The notes below the pieces were generated by a model that saw nothing but the letters and a program-made list of their open reading frames with translations, made no database searches and was not told the origin of the DNA. A stretch of 60,674 nucleotides of DNA, counting the filler, from Sanchytrium tribonematis (lineage: Eukaryota): the NCBI GenBank assembly GCA_018985235.1. It is 4 parts of 4 records of this genome, joined end to end, with 100 filler letters (N's around TTAATTAATTAA, not from the genome) between each part and the next. Parts side by side here need not be neighbours in the genome. Positions count along the whole stretch, not along the records: positions 1 to 15,158 come from JADGIG010000155.1; 3 more parts are not named here. The stretch is one strand, 5' to 3'. Numbering within the stretch: position 1 is the stretch's first letter; the number at the start of each line of letters is the position of its first letter. Made by a program: the position numbers and the translations under genes. Below, in pieces: positions 1 through 9,319 of the stretch.

Positions 1-261
1 TTTGACGCAAAGTCCCAGTCCGGAATTTTTCTCTCGTTTAATTTCTACTGGTTCAAATACAGGCTTTCTAAATGATCCAAGTCCAGCCAGCGCATTTACT
101 GAGTTACCCCGATTAGCAAACTTTACTTTTGATTTTTCGTCCAGTAGTTTTTGTTCTGCTTCGACTCGTTGTTCATAGTCGTCAGCAATATGATTTCCTA
201 CTGGGACGATATTTTTCTGTAAAATGATCCTGTTGTTATTTTTTAGTATTGTGGAAAGCAT
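1..261 (-). CDS. Hypothetical protein, 5' part only (MLSTILKNNNRIILQKNIVPVGNH...), runs off the window start
   Basis: Hand translation gives a stop-free frame of 87 codons from the ATG at 261 to position 1. It is absent from the ORF track because it has no stop. It lies head-to-head with the gene at 271. Confidence 0.6.
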   Translation of the reverse strand, partial: MLSTILKNNNRIILQKNIVPVGNHIADDYEQRVEAEQKLLDEKSKVKFANRGNSVNALAGLGSFRKPVFEPVEIKREKNSGLGLCVK

Positions 262-270
262 ACAAAGGAG

Positions 271-1446
271 ATGTTGCAAAATGAAAGTTTAAAAAAGATA
301 TTGTCACAATTGTCAAATCCTCAAAACAATCTCAAAATTATTCATATAGCTGGTACAAATGGCAAGGGAACGACTGGATACATTATGAACAAAATTTTAA
401 TAGAAATGCTAAACCAAGCTATTTCCGAAAAATCGAATTGTGTGGGATGGTTTCATAGTCCAGCGATTTTGCCAGACCATGACATTCTCATTAACTTGAA
501 GCCTGTTAGTAATGATGTTGTTGCTGCTGCAGTAATGGAATATTCAGAATATCAATTTTCGTTAAGCCCATTTGAATTTAGAGTGCTTCTGGCAATTGTA
601 ATATTTAAGGAGCTTAAATGTGACTATTGTATCTTTGAATGTGGCTTAGGTGGTTTAAATGATGCTACAAATATATTTTTTGAAAAGGAAATCGCGATTA
701 TCACTCAAATTGGATTGGATCATCAAGATCAACTTGGAAACACATTAACTGATATTGCAACTCATAAACTTGGCATCATCAAAAACAGTAAGCATGTTTT
801 TACAACCAAGGTTCAGAACCAAGAAGTGTTAAAATTATTTGCGCAATACCCACACATACAAGAAATACCAGCTGCAACGTTAATCGGATTCAACAAGTAT
901 GAATACATGTGGAGCTATAAAAATATTGAAATCAAGTCAAAAATACTCGGTCATCATCAAGGGATCAACATTGCTCTGGCATTAGAGGCTATATTTTTAT
1001 TAATTGGATCGGAGATTAGAAGTTTTCAGATTGAGAAAGCATGGCCGGGTAGACTGCAATATATTAAATACAAAGATAGGGAACTTTTGCTAGATGGCGC
1101 ACACAATATTGATTCCATTTTGGCATTAAGGAAATACTTAGATTTGGTCAAATTTGGAAATTGTTCATTCATATTTTCTTGTACTGGCAACAAAGATATT
1201 GAAAATCTAATAGACACTCTCATCAAAAATCAAGATCAGATTATTTTATTTCAATTCGAAATTCCCAAGCATAGTCCTTGGATCAAATTACCTAGTAACG
1301 AAAATTACGGAAAATATAGGAATTTACAGACTTGTTCGGTGCTAGATGAAGCAATAGAATTGTGTAAACATAATATTGTTATTTGTGGATCTCTTTATAT
1401 GGTTTATGATTGTTTGTTAAAAACAAACGCAGGTCCATTTTTTTGA
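271..1446 (+). CDS. Dihydrofolate synthase / folylpolyglutamate synthase (FolC/Fol3 family)
   Basis: IHIAGTNGKGT P-loop, ECGLGGLNDATN, IGLDHQDQLG, WPGRLQ, LLDGAHN and CGSLY motifs. Confidence 0.92.
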   Translation: MLQNESLKKILSQLSNPQNNLKIIHIAGTNGKGTTGYIMNKILIEMLNQAISEKSNCVGWFHSPAILPDHDILINLKPVSNDVVAAAVMEYSEYQFSLSPFEFRVLLAIVIFKELKCDYCIFECGLGGLNDATNIFFEKEIAIITQIGLDHQDQLGNTLTDIATHKLGIIKNSKHVFTTKVQNQEVLKLFAQYPHIQEIPAATLIGFNKYEYMWSYKNIEIKSKILGHHQGINIALALEAIFLLIGSEIRSFQIEKAWPGRLQYIKYKDRELLLDGAHNIDSILALRKYLDLVKFGNCSFIFSCTGNKDIENLIDTLIKNQDQIILFQFEIPKHSPWIKLPSNENYGKYRNLQTCSVLDEAIELCKHNIVICGSLYMVYDCLLKTNAGPFF

Positions 1447-2012
1447 GATCAATTCGCCGTGACTAGTTATTAATTAAACAGATATATCGCCACAAGTTAC
1501 CCTAAGGCGTTTATTGGCTTGGACTCATATCATTTGTTGAGAATTAATCATTTGCACCAATCAAATGAATTTCACAAAACCAAAAACTAATATCACGAAA
1601 AGGCAAGGAATCATTTTCAGTATAAATTAAAGCAAATCCCTGAAGAATATGTCTCTTGCAAATCAAAGACGTGAATGCCATGTATGTTGTACAACCTTTA
1701 AAACACAGATAGATTTCAAGAACCATTTGAAAAATCACAATAAAAAAGAGCGCAAATTTAATGAAGCCGTTATTCTTCTTTTTCAGGCTAGTTCTAGCGA
1801 TGTGTGAATAAATATCTACCACCTGCGTCTTAATTGTCGCCACTCTCTTACACTTTAGGACCGTCGCAGCATTAGGGGTCAAACGTAGCTTATGGCGTAG
1901 CTTATCAGTGAAATCTGATGCTCATGATAGGGCTAAAACGTATACTTGTGGTCGTTATCTATCACGCGAGTCTTGAACGCCACCTATAAATAGAAGAGGA
2001 TCCTTGCTATAT

Positions 2013-2303
2013 ATGCACATTAATTTATTGTTAAATCCAACTCCATCATTCTGCTGCCAAGTCTGCTCAAAAGATTTTAAAACGAGAGAGTCATTGTATA
2101 AGCATTTACGAGGTGTCCATACTTGCAAGGATCCATGTCCTTTCTGCCAAAGAGTGCTTAAGTTTAGGACTCGACCTGACAACTTCAGGAAGCATCTTCT
2201 AAAGTGCCAACCATTCTTGGAGCAAACGCATTCGCTAAGCAACTTCAAAAACGTAGTAGATCATACGATCAGGCATGTACTTACAGAAATTCGAAGTAAA
2301 TAA
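2013..2303 (+). CDS. Small C2H2 zinc-finger protein (two fingers)
   Basis: CQVC-x12-HLRGVH and CPFC...HLLKC. TATAAATA at about 1985 upstream. First ATG at 2013. Confidence 0.7.
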   Translation: MHINLLLNPTPSFCCQVCSKDFKTRESLYKHLRGVHTCKDPCPFCQRVLKFRTRPDNFRKHLLKCQPFLEQTHSLSNFKNVVDHTIRHVLTEIRSK

Positions 2304-2409
2304 ATGTCCATAGCTCACAACTAATATATTTGTTAAGGATTGGCGGAAAATTCATTTCGAAACAAAAATCCTTGAAATTTATAAAAGGAGAAGCGTTTCG
2401 ACATTGAAA

Positions 2410-3033
2410 ATGCTGACTGACAGCGAGCAGCTCCTGACCCTGAATGATGCTCAAATCAGAACTGAATTTAACGATTATTTGGCATTGAATTTGCAAGAGG
2501 ATTCTATTATAGAGTATCAAGCTGAGCTGCTCTGTGATTTCATTGAAAAATATTATTTATACTGCAAGGATATGAATTTGCCTTTATTAGAAGTTATTCA
2601 GCTTCTATCTATTAAATTACATCTAATGCCAGTTCAGAAACTCTTATGCACATATTTGGCATTTATTAATTTCTATGACGAAGACAATGTTAGAGATATC
2701 AAGAAAGCGTGGTGTAATCCATTCAAATATGATATGGATTTTAATGTGGAACTGGATAATACCTATAATGTTCTTCTTGCAAACGAAATTAACAAATATG
2801 GCATGCAGGATGTCATTCTTGCTTACAATAGAGCAACTTATTTAAAACCCGCATATTTGCATTTAATTTATCACTCAAATGTGGATGATTACTTCACAAA
2901 CGATGCCATTGTTTTGATGGAAGTATTAAATCGAGATTATGGTGCAGAAGAGAATGAAAAAATGCACAAATGGATATGCGATACCTTGAGTAAATTCAAT
3001 GAGACTGAAATTGTAAATATACTAAACAGATAA
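2410..3033 (+). CDS. Hypothetical protein (about 207 aa)
   Basis: Long ORF with protein-like composition; the stop overlaps AATAAA. No family recognised. Confidence 0.65.
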   Translation: MLTDSEQLLTLNDAQIRTEFNDYLALNLQEDSIIEYQAELLCDFIEKYYLYCKDMNLPLLEVIQLLSIKLHLMPVQKLLCTYLAFINFYDEDNVRDIKKAWCNPFKYDMDFNVELDNTYNVLLANEINKYGMQDVILAYNRATYLKPAYLHLIYHSNVDDYFTNDAIVLMEVLNRDYGAEENEKMHKWICDTLSKFNETEIVNILNR

Positions 3034-3040
3034 TAAATAT

Positions 3041-4454
3041 TTAATCCAATAACCTTAAGATTTTACCAATTCCTTTCGTTCTTCCCTCTCTAAACAATAT
3101 TTTCATATCAATATTGAGATACTCAGGGTGACTAATAAATCTCATTCTGACGATGCTCTTATCGCCATTGCGTATAAGCGCCTTGCTCATGTCCAAAATT
3201 TGTACAGTTTGACGAACATTTCCTAAATAAGAGAATTTTACGAGCATGTAACATCGTCTGATAATTTACCGCAATTGTGGTTGAATGGTGAAGAACTAAT
3301 ATCTCAGCTTCAAATTCACGGGTGACGTGACTTGAGATATCTACTTCTTTTGATACCAAGACCATGCCTTTACGGATTTGACTCCGCTTTATCTTTTTCA
3401 AGGCCAAAGAAACACTTTGACCTGGATGAGCAATATTGATAGGAACCCTCTTGCGATGGATTCCTTTTACTTGTGTATTGAAGAATTGACCATTCTTATC
3501 TGGTCCTAAAAGTAAGTTATCTCCAATTTTGATGACTCCGCTCAATATTTGACCGGAAACAACGCATCCAACACCTGGAACGCTAAATGATTCAGTAATT
3601 TCATATTCCACAGATTCTCCATTTGAGAATTGTTGACGACTAGGTAAAACATTTAAAAATAATCTTAAAAGCTCGATACCATCGCCGGTCACATTACTGA
3701 CCATAAAAACAGGACAAATTCTTTCTCCTGATAAATTCATTGCCACTTTAATGACATCTTCTTTAGTTCGAATAAAAATGGGCATTTTACGACAACCGGA
3801 ACTCTTCAATATCTTTTGAAGTTGATTCACAGTTGACTTGAGCACATTAGGGGGCGCCATATCAATTTTCGTAACAACAATCATGGAAGGAATATTTAAC
3901 AAAAGTGTTAAACCCAAATGTTCTTTGGTCATTCCGATCATTCCCGCATTGGCGCCAACCATTAACATGGCATAGTCTGGTTGAGAACTACTTAGTCCAT
4001 AGACTGTGGTCTTAAGGTACTTTTCGTGTCCTGCTAAGTCGATAAATGTTATCATTTTGCTGCTGTTTAACGCAATCTGATCCCAAGTCATCTTATGATG
4101 CTCATTTTTTATTACCTGTGCTCCAAATTCGTCAAAACCCATGCACTCCATACCAACACTTGAGGTTCTACCTGTCAAGAGTTCATGTTTGTGTTTAAAC
4201 AAAACTTGTCGAGCCTTTCCCCTACCGTCATCCAGGCTCCCTTTCGTAAGAACACCCAATATGGTGCTCTTACCTGCATCGACGTTGCCTATTACAGCCA
4301 CTCTTACGTCTTCTAAAGTATGAATGTCTGCACGGTTTCGTATCAGACAATGATCTTCAGAGATTGGCGTGATTATGTCATCTTCAATTTTGGTGGATTC
4401 GTTAAAGGTGTAAGTGGGATACTTTAATGCCAATTGACTTTTTTCTACGATCAT
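3041..4454 (-). CDS. GTPBP1: GTP-binding protein 1/2 (GTPBP1 family translational GTPase), 2 exons: 4454-3242 and 3222-3041
   Basis: GNVDAGKST, GRTSSVG, DLAGHEKYLKTT, TKID motifs and the C-terminal FREGRTKGIG. The frames join after removing the 19-nt intron (..MLHA-R-NVRQTV..). Confidence 0.9.
3223..3241 (-). other. 19-nt spliceosomal intron GTAAAATTCTCTTATTTAG (phase 1)
   Basis: Removal restores the conserved GTPBP1 C-terminal domain frame. Confidence 0.9.
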
Positions 4455-4713
4455 GATTTGATAGCGTCAAAATTTGTTTCAAAATATTGGGGCAACACTA
4501 TAATAATGACTTTTACAGGAAGAATAAAGTAGAATGTGTTTGAGTAAGTAGAGGAACTCTGCTTGAACCTAAATTAGTATGAAGGTAACAAGAAAAGGGA
4601 TCTGCCTTGGAGTTAAGTTGCCTAAATCGACAGTTGCTATGACTTCATGTGGGCAGCAAAAGTAAATACTAATGAGAACTACATAATTCTACTGTGTTTA
4701 GCTTAAAATAACA

Positions 4714-6105
4714 TTGGAAGTTACATTGACCATAGGGCCTTATATGGGCATTGAACTCGTTCCTAGAAAAGGGGTAATCGTACCGGATTTATATTTAAGG
4801 GAAATCTCCTTCACCGCCTTGAAACTAAAAATGAGCTACTTTTTCGAATCTCAGAAAAATTTAAAATGTTTGGAAAATGCCACTTATATTGATGTTGATG
4901 GTGATATGTCATCTTTTTGTACTGAAGATGAGTACGAAGAAGAGAATATGTATAAATTGGCGCAAAATTCTTTTTCCGAGATAAAAATCTGTAAAGAATA
5001 CTATGATAAAGAAACTGACTTTGAATTAGTGCAAAATGCATGTTTGGGGTTGAAGGAAGGTGAAGCCTTTATTGAGAATGGCGAAAATACATATATTACA
5101 GTAGAAGATTTAAAATTTGAGGTAAAAGAATGTGAAAATGACTTTGAAAAGAAAAGTGACTGCGAACTAGCGCAATCCCCTCTTCATTTTGTACTTGATG
5201 CAAATGGGAGTGATAAAATACAAGTGGAAAAAGGAGATATTTTTGAATTTGTGCAACATGCATTGGAATGTGGTCTGGAAGGCCACAGAATCGAAAAAGA
5301 GGGCAAAGTACAAAAAAATGATTGTGTATCAATTCAAATTGAATTGGAATCGGTTGCGGAAGGAAATGAAAATAGATTATTGAATAAAATTAAAAAAGAC
5401 ACATTCGGCGAGGCCACTTTTGTTAAATACAGGTCTTATTCTGATTTTCTTGGTGGGGATGACGATGTAGTAATCGAATACAAGCCTCGAAGCGACTCTG
5501 GCGATTCTGTTCGGGTGCCACGAGACGTAAGTGGACTCGGCAACCTCAACATATATGACCTTGAGCAAGAATTGATTAAAAGTGAATTTTTGGAGGTTGA
5601 AAACGATGAAGAAAATTATCCGGAAAAGTACACAAGAAGAAAGAGAGTAATTTCAGCTGATAACCAACTAATAAACATACAGCCTTCTAAAAAGATGAGA
5701 ATCGAAATGATTGTAGAATCAGCTTCATTCACCGACTTAGAATCCAATGAAATTAGAGATTTTGAAAAACTGCCAATCGAGCGGGACTTATTTAATTGCA
5801 CCTCGCTTGAAGTGCTTTCTCATTGCTGTTGTAACAGTTATTTTGAACATTCCCAAGTGAACGAATTGTCAACACAAGGCTTAAGAAGAAAATTACCCGA
5901 ATTTGAGAATGACTGGAAACCTTCTAAAAAAATGAGATTAGAAACGATTATGGGAACCGAATTACCATCAATTTCAATGAAAAACAAGGAAAATACCGTA
6001 ACCCACTCTTCTTCTTTTATGAAGGTCGTCCTAGGAGATGGGCCAGTCGACTGGATGGCTCAAGAGTCGCAGCAAGAGAAGTGGGCAGCAATTTTAATTC
6101 ATTGA
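4714..6105 (+). CDS. Acidic hypothetical protein with a possible N-terminal PB1-like motif and internal repeats; start uncertain (TTG 4714 or ATG 4744)
   Basis: 463-codon ORF. YIDVDGD...EDEYEE resembles the PB1 OPCA motif. PSKKMR(I/L)E occurs twice and (F/C)E(L/F)(V/A)Q is repeated. Confidence 0.65.
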   Translation: MEVTLTIGPYMGIELVPRKGVIVPDLYLREISFTALKLKMSYFFESQKNLKCLENATYIDVDGDMSSFCTEDEYEEENMYKLAQNSFSEIKICKEYYDKETDFELVQNACLGLKEGEAFIENGENTYITVEDLKFEVKECENDFEKKSDCELAQSPLHFVLDANGSDKIQVEKGDIFEFVQHALECGLEGHRIEKEGKVQKNDCVSIQIELESVAEGNENRLLNKIKKDTFGEATFVKYRSYSDFLGGDDDVVIEYKPRSDSGDSVRVPRDVSGLGNLNIYDLEQELIKSEFLEVENDEENYPEKYTRRKRVISADNQLINIQPSKKMRIEMIVESASFTDLESNEIRDFEKLPIERDLFNCTSLEVLSHCCCNSYFEHSQVNELSTQGLRRKLPEFENDWKPSKKMRLETIMGTELPSISMKNKENTVTHSSSFMKVVLGDGPVDWMAQESQQEKWAAILIH

Positions 6106-6405
6106 ATAATAAATCTATTTTATTAAATTTTAAAAGTCGCCTGTGGTAGATTTGTCGATAATCTCAATATCACTTCGCCAAATCTAAGGAAAAATCAAAG
6201 TTTCAGAGCCTGTACCATCTTATTTTACGCAAATCTTCGAGATAAAATTCACGATATTTTTCTTGCGTCGTACTTTCTCGAGACAGAGTTGTCAAAACTG
6301 ACTTGCTCATTTGATTGGCCATCCCCACATTGCAAAAGGATTATTGGGCATTGTGATTGGATTGAAACTTCATATTAAATGTAGAGACTCTAAGTAACTA
6401 AATTG

Positions 6406-8943
6406 ATGATCCAGTTTTTATTCTTTTCAATATTTGTAATGGGGCAGCAGCAACCATCTGCATCCGATTTTAACAACATGAGTTTAGAAGATTTAAAGAA
6501 AGAATTTAAAAAAGTTCAATTCCCACCTTCAGATCAACCACCGATTAATGGTAAAAGATGTACAATGGCTGGATGGGCAAACTATAAAGTTCCTGCTGGT
6601 TATTTTGCAGTCACTCCTACTTCCACACCAGTGGCTTGTACTGCTGGATTTTGGTGCCCGGGTGACACAGCCCAACCTTTTTATTGTTGTGAGGGATTTT
6701 ATTGTCCTACGCCAGACGTTATAACGCCATGTCCAGATAATTATTATTGTCCAAATGGAGCAATTAAGCCTGAGCACTGCTGGAGTTTGGCTTATTGTCC
6801 AGCTGGTACTGTTAAACCAGTGAGATATGGTATGTTGGGAGTCATTATTGCAACTCTAGTACTATTGGTAATTGGATTCAGCGTCAAAAATAGACTGGAT
6901 ATTCAAAATGCAATCAGAAATAGAATGCAAGTTGAGATGATAAAACAGAGCAAATCAAAAGCTGCAATAACTACCCAATCAAAATACAAGATTAAGTCTA
7001 TTGACATTGAATTTGATAATCTAGAGTTTAAGCTTCCGGATGGAAACGTAATTATGGAAAGTGTGTCTGGATTTTTTACTTCAGGGAAAATGACAGCAGT
7101 CATGGGTCCTTCTGGTGCTGGTAAAACAACCTTATTTTCATTGTTGACTGGCAAAGCCAAGAAGAGTAGAGGAACCGTTTTATTAAACGGCAAAAGGGAA
7201 GATTTATCAAAATACCAAAAATTAGTCGGCTATGTTCCTCAGGACGATATCATGTTGAGAGAATTGACCGTTAATAATGTTTTATCGCATTCTGCAAGCA
7301 TGCGATTGCCTACCAGTATGTCTTCGGTAGAAAAGAGAAGGAAAGTCGTGCAAACTGTTGAATTTTTAGGTCTTGGGCACGTAATTAATACCGTTATCGG
7401 AGATGAAGAAACCCGTGGTATCTCTGGTGGTCAGAGAAAAAGAGTCAACATCGGGATGGAAATTGTTGCAGATCCTTCAGTTTTATTTTTAGATGAACCA
7501 ACCAGTGGATTAGACAGTAGCACAAGTTTAGAATTATGCCAAATATTAAGACAATTGGCTCAAGCACAAAAAATGTGTATCGCTGCAGTTATTCACTCTC
7601 CATCGCCACAAACCTTGATGGAATTCAATGACATTTTATTGTTGGGTAAAGGAGGTAAAGTCGTTTACTTTGGGCCGACCAAAGGTCTTTCTCACTATTT
7701 TAGAGAATTGGGCTTTGATGCACCAAGAGATATTAATCCAGCTGATTTTGCCATGGATATTGTATCCGGTAAAATTGCTTGTAATTGGGATTCTGACTTT
7801 AGACCTGCAGATTTATTTGATTATTGGGAATGTTATCAACGTGGTACAGCCATCAATAAGATTAGACATGACGAAAATGCGATGAGAATGAGAACTATTC
7901 GTCGTAAAAAGAGAGATGACAAATCATTTATTACAAGATTGGTGACATCATTTTTCACAATTATTATTGATTCATTCGAGTGGACCACGGATGTTATTGG
8001 TGAATTTGTTGCTACTTGTTTTGAGTTGGTCAGATTTCTCACATGTATGAGTCACCCTGTCAGAAATACTCCAAATATCTTTGTACAATATTTTCTTCTA
8101 TTGAAAAGAGCATTTCAACAACAGTTCAGAAGTAGCAAGCGTTTTATATTTGATTCTGTTATCCACTTTGTAGCGGGATTGATTGTCAGTATTGCCATTC
8201 AACAATTTACGTATTTGGGTAAACAACCCAAAGAAGTCTGTGATATTTCGCCCTTTATGTTGAGATTAACTTGTAATAATCCACAAGATTTCTTAAATCA
8301 AGCAGGTATGTTGGTTTGTGTCGGTATTTTTTTCGCTGGCCAGGCAACTGCTGCGCACACATTTGGAGATGAAAAAGTAGTTTATTGGCGTGACACTTCT
8401 GCAGGTATGCCAACTACAGCCTACTTTTTAGCAAAGTTTACGGCTGATCTGCCAAGAATTATTATTGCATCATTCTTTTACACATTATCATTGACTGTTT
8501 ATTTTGATTACAGATCTGATTTTGGTAGTTTGATGCTGGTCAATTTGTCGCTTTACTTTGTGGCATTTAATTTTGGTTACATTTTAAGTATTTTATTTGA
8601 CAAATCAAGTGTTGGTTTACTAACTGCGGCAAATGCTTTGCTTTGGGGATTTTTATTTGGCGGTGTCTCTCCGGATTTAGAGGATGTTAAAAGTGGTTAT
8701 GGTCCTCTTCAAATCATTTGGCAATTATCTGCACCAAGATGGGCTATAGAAGCATTTTACATAAAAGAAACCAATGCTCGCCCTTGGGCAGAATTATCTC
8801 CTTCCTCAGGAACTCCGTTATCGCATAGCTATAATAGAAACAATTTTACGACATGTTTATCAATGATGTTTGGAATTGGATTAGCATGGGCATTTTTTTC
8901 ATTCTTGGCTTTAAAATTATCAAACAGAAGAAAACAAAAATAA
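6406..8943 (+). CDS. ABCG half-transporter with a signal peptide and Cys-rich extracellular N-terminus (Adp1/ABCG24-28-like architecture)
   Basis: GPSGAGKTT Walker A, ISGGQRKRV signature, LFLDEPTSGLD, C-terminal TM helices and N-terminal C-x-x-G-F-Y-C-P repeats. Confidence 0.9.
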   Translation: MIQFLFFSIFVMGQQQPSASDFNNMSLEDLKKEFKKVQFPPSDQPPINGKRCTMAGWANYKVPAGYFAVTPTSTPVACTAGFWCPGDTAQPFYCCEGFYCPTPDVITPCPDNYYCPNGAIKPEHCWSLAYCPAGTVKPVRYGMLGVIIATLVLLVIGFSVKNRLDIQNAIRNRMQVEMIKQSKSKAAITTQSKYKIKSIDIEFDNLEFKLPDGNVIMESVSGFFTSGKMTAVMGPSGAGKTTLFSLLTGKAKKSRGTVLLNGKREDLSKYQKLVGYVPQDDIMLRELTVNNVLSHSASMRLPTSMSSVEKRRKVVQTVEFLGLGHVINTVIGDEETRGISGGQRKRVNIGMEIVADPSVLFLDEPTSGLDSSTSLELCQILRQLAQAQKMCIAAVIHSPSPQTLMEFNDILLLGKGGKVVYFGPTKGLSHYFRELGFDAPRDINPADFAMDIVSGKIACNWDSDFRPADLFDYWECYQRGTAINKIRHDENAMRMRTIRRKKRDDKSFITRLVTSFFTIIIDSFEWTTDVIGEFVATCFELVRFLTCMSHPVRNTPNIFVQYFLLLKRAFQQQFRSSKRFIFDSVIHFVAGLIVSIAIQQFTYLGKQPKEVCDISPFMLRLTCNNPQDFLNQAGMLVCVGIFFAGQATAAHTFGDEKVVYWRDTSAGMPTTAYFLAKFTADLPRIIIASFFYTLSLTVYFDYRSDFGSLMLVNLSLYFVAFNFGYILSILFDKSSVGLLTAANALLWGFLFGGVSPDLEDVKSGYGPLQIIWQLSAPRWAIEAFYIKETNARPWAELSPSSGTPLSHSYNRNNFTTCLSMMFGIGLAWAFFSFLALKLSNRRKQK

Positions 8944-8961
8944 ATCTTTTTGCTTTCATGT

Positions 8962-9285
8962 TTATTGTAAATGCACTTTTTCAGCGAGCCTTGTAATCAC
9001 GTCTACATTAGCCGAACACCCTTTCATTAAAATATCGTCTTTCACTTTTATAATTAGGTCGAACTCGTTGGTTTTAAATTCTCTTCCCATGTCACAAGCC
9101 CACCATATCATCGATAATCCTTGTCCCCATGATTTTAATTCGTACCACTTTAAGTTAAGCCTGACAGCAGTAGATATATATTCGATATCTTTATAATATA
9201 TAGTTTTATTTCCACCGGTAGGGAAATAAAACCATTTGATGACAATACGGTCGTCAAACAAAATAAGAAAATCGTTCTCAATCAT
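8962..9285 (-). CDS. Small hypothetical protein (107 aa)
   Basis: ATG-started ORF filling the gap between flanking genes. YFPTG..K.I and KSWG.G...IWWACD motifs look conserved. CCTTG element upstream. Confidence 0.65.
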   Translation of the reverse strand: MIENDFLILFDDRIVIKWFYFPTGGNKTIYYKDIEYISTAVRLNLKWYELKSWGQGLSMIWWACDMGREFKTNEFDLIIKVKDDILMKGCSANVDVITRLAEKVHLQ

Positions 9286-9319
9286 GTTTCAAGGAAACTG
9301 CAAAAGCCTTAATATACAT

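Noticed and set aside
264..270. AAGGAG as a Shine-Dalgarno site, implying prokaryotic origin
   Set aside because: The genes are eukaryotic and contain spliceosomal introns; the motif is better read as part of the promoter-proximal element.
1544..1882. 112-aa minus-strand ORF
   Set aside because: It starts at TTG, has no recognisable motif and has atypical composition. Left unannotated.
1884..1905. Short direct repeats CGTAGCTTAT x2 (and ACATACGAC x2 near 58353-58383)
   Set aside because: Only two copies each, with no associated element; they could be TF sites but there is no support.
3159..3247. Programmed frameshifts, pseudogenes or sequencing indels as the cause of the split ORFs
   Set aside because: Each break coincides with a GT-AG segment of 19-21 nt sharing the T-8/A-6 consensus, and its removal restores the frame.
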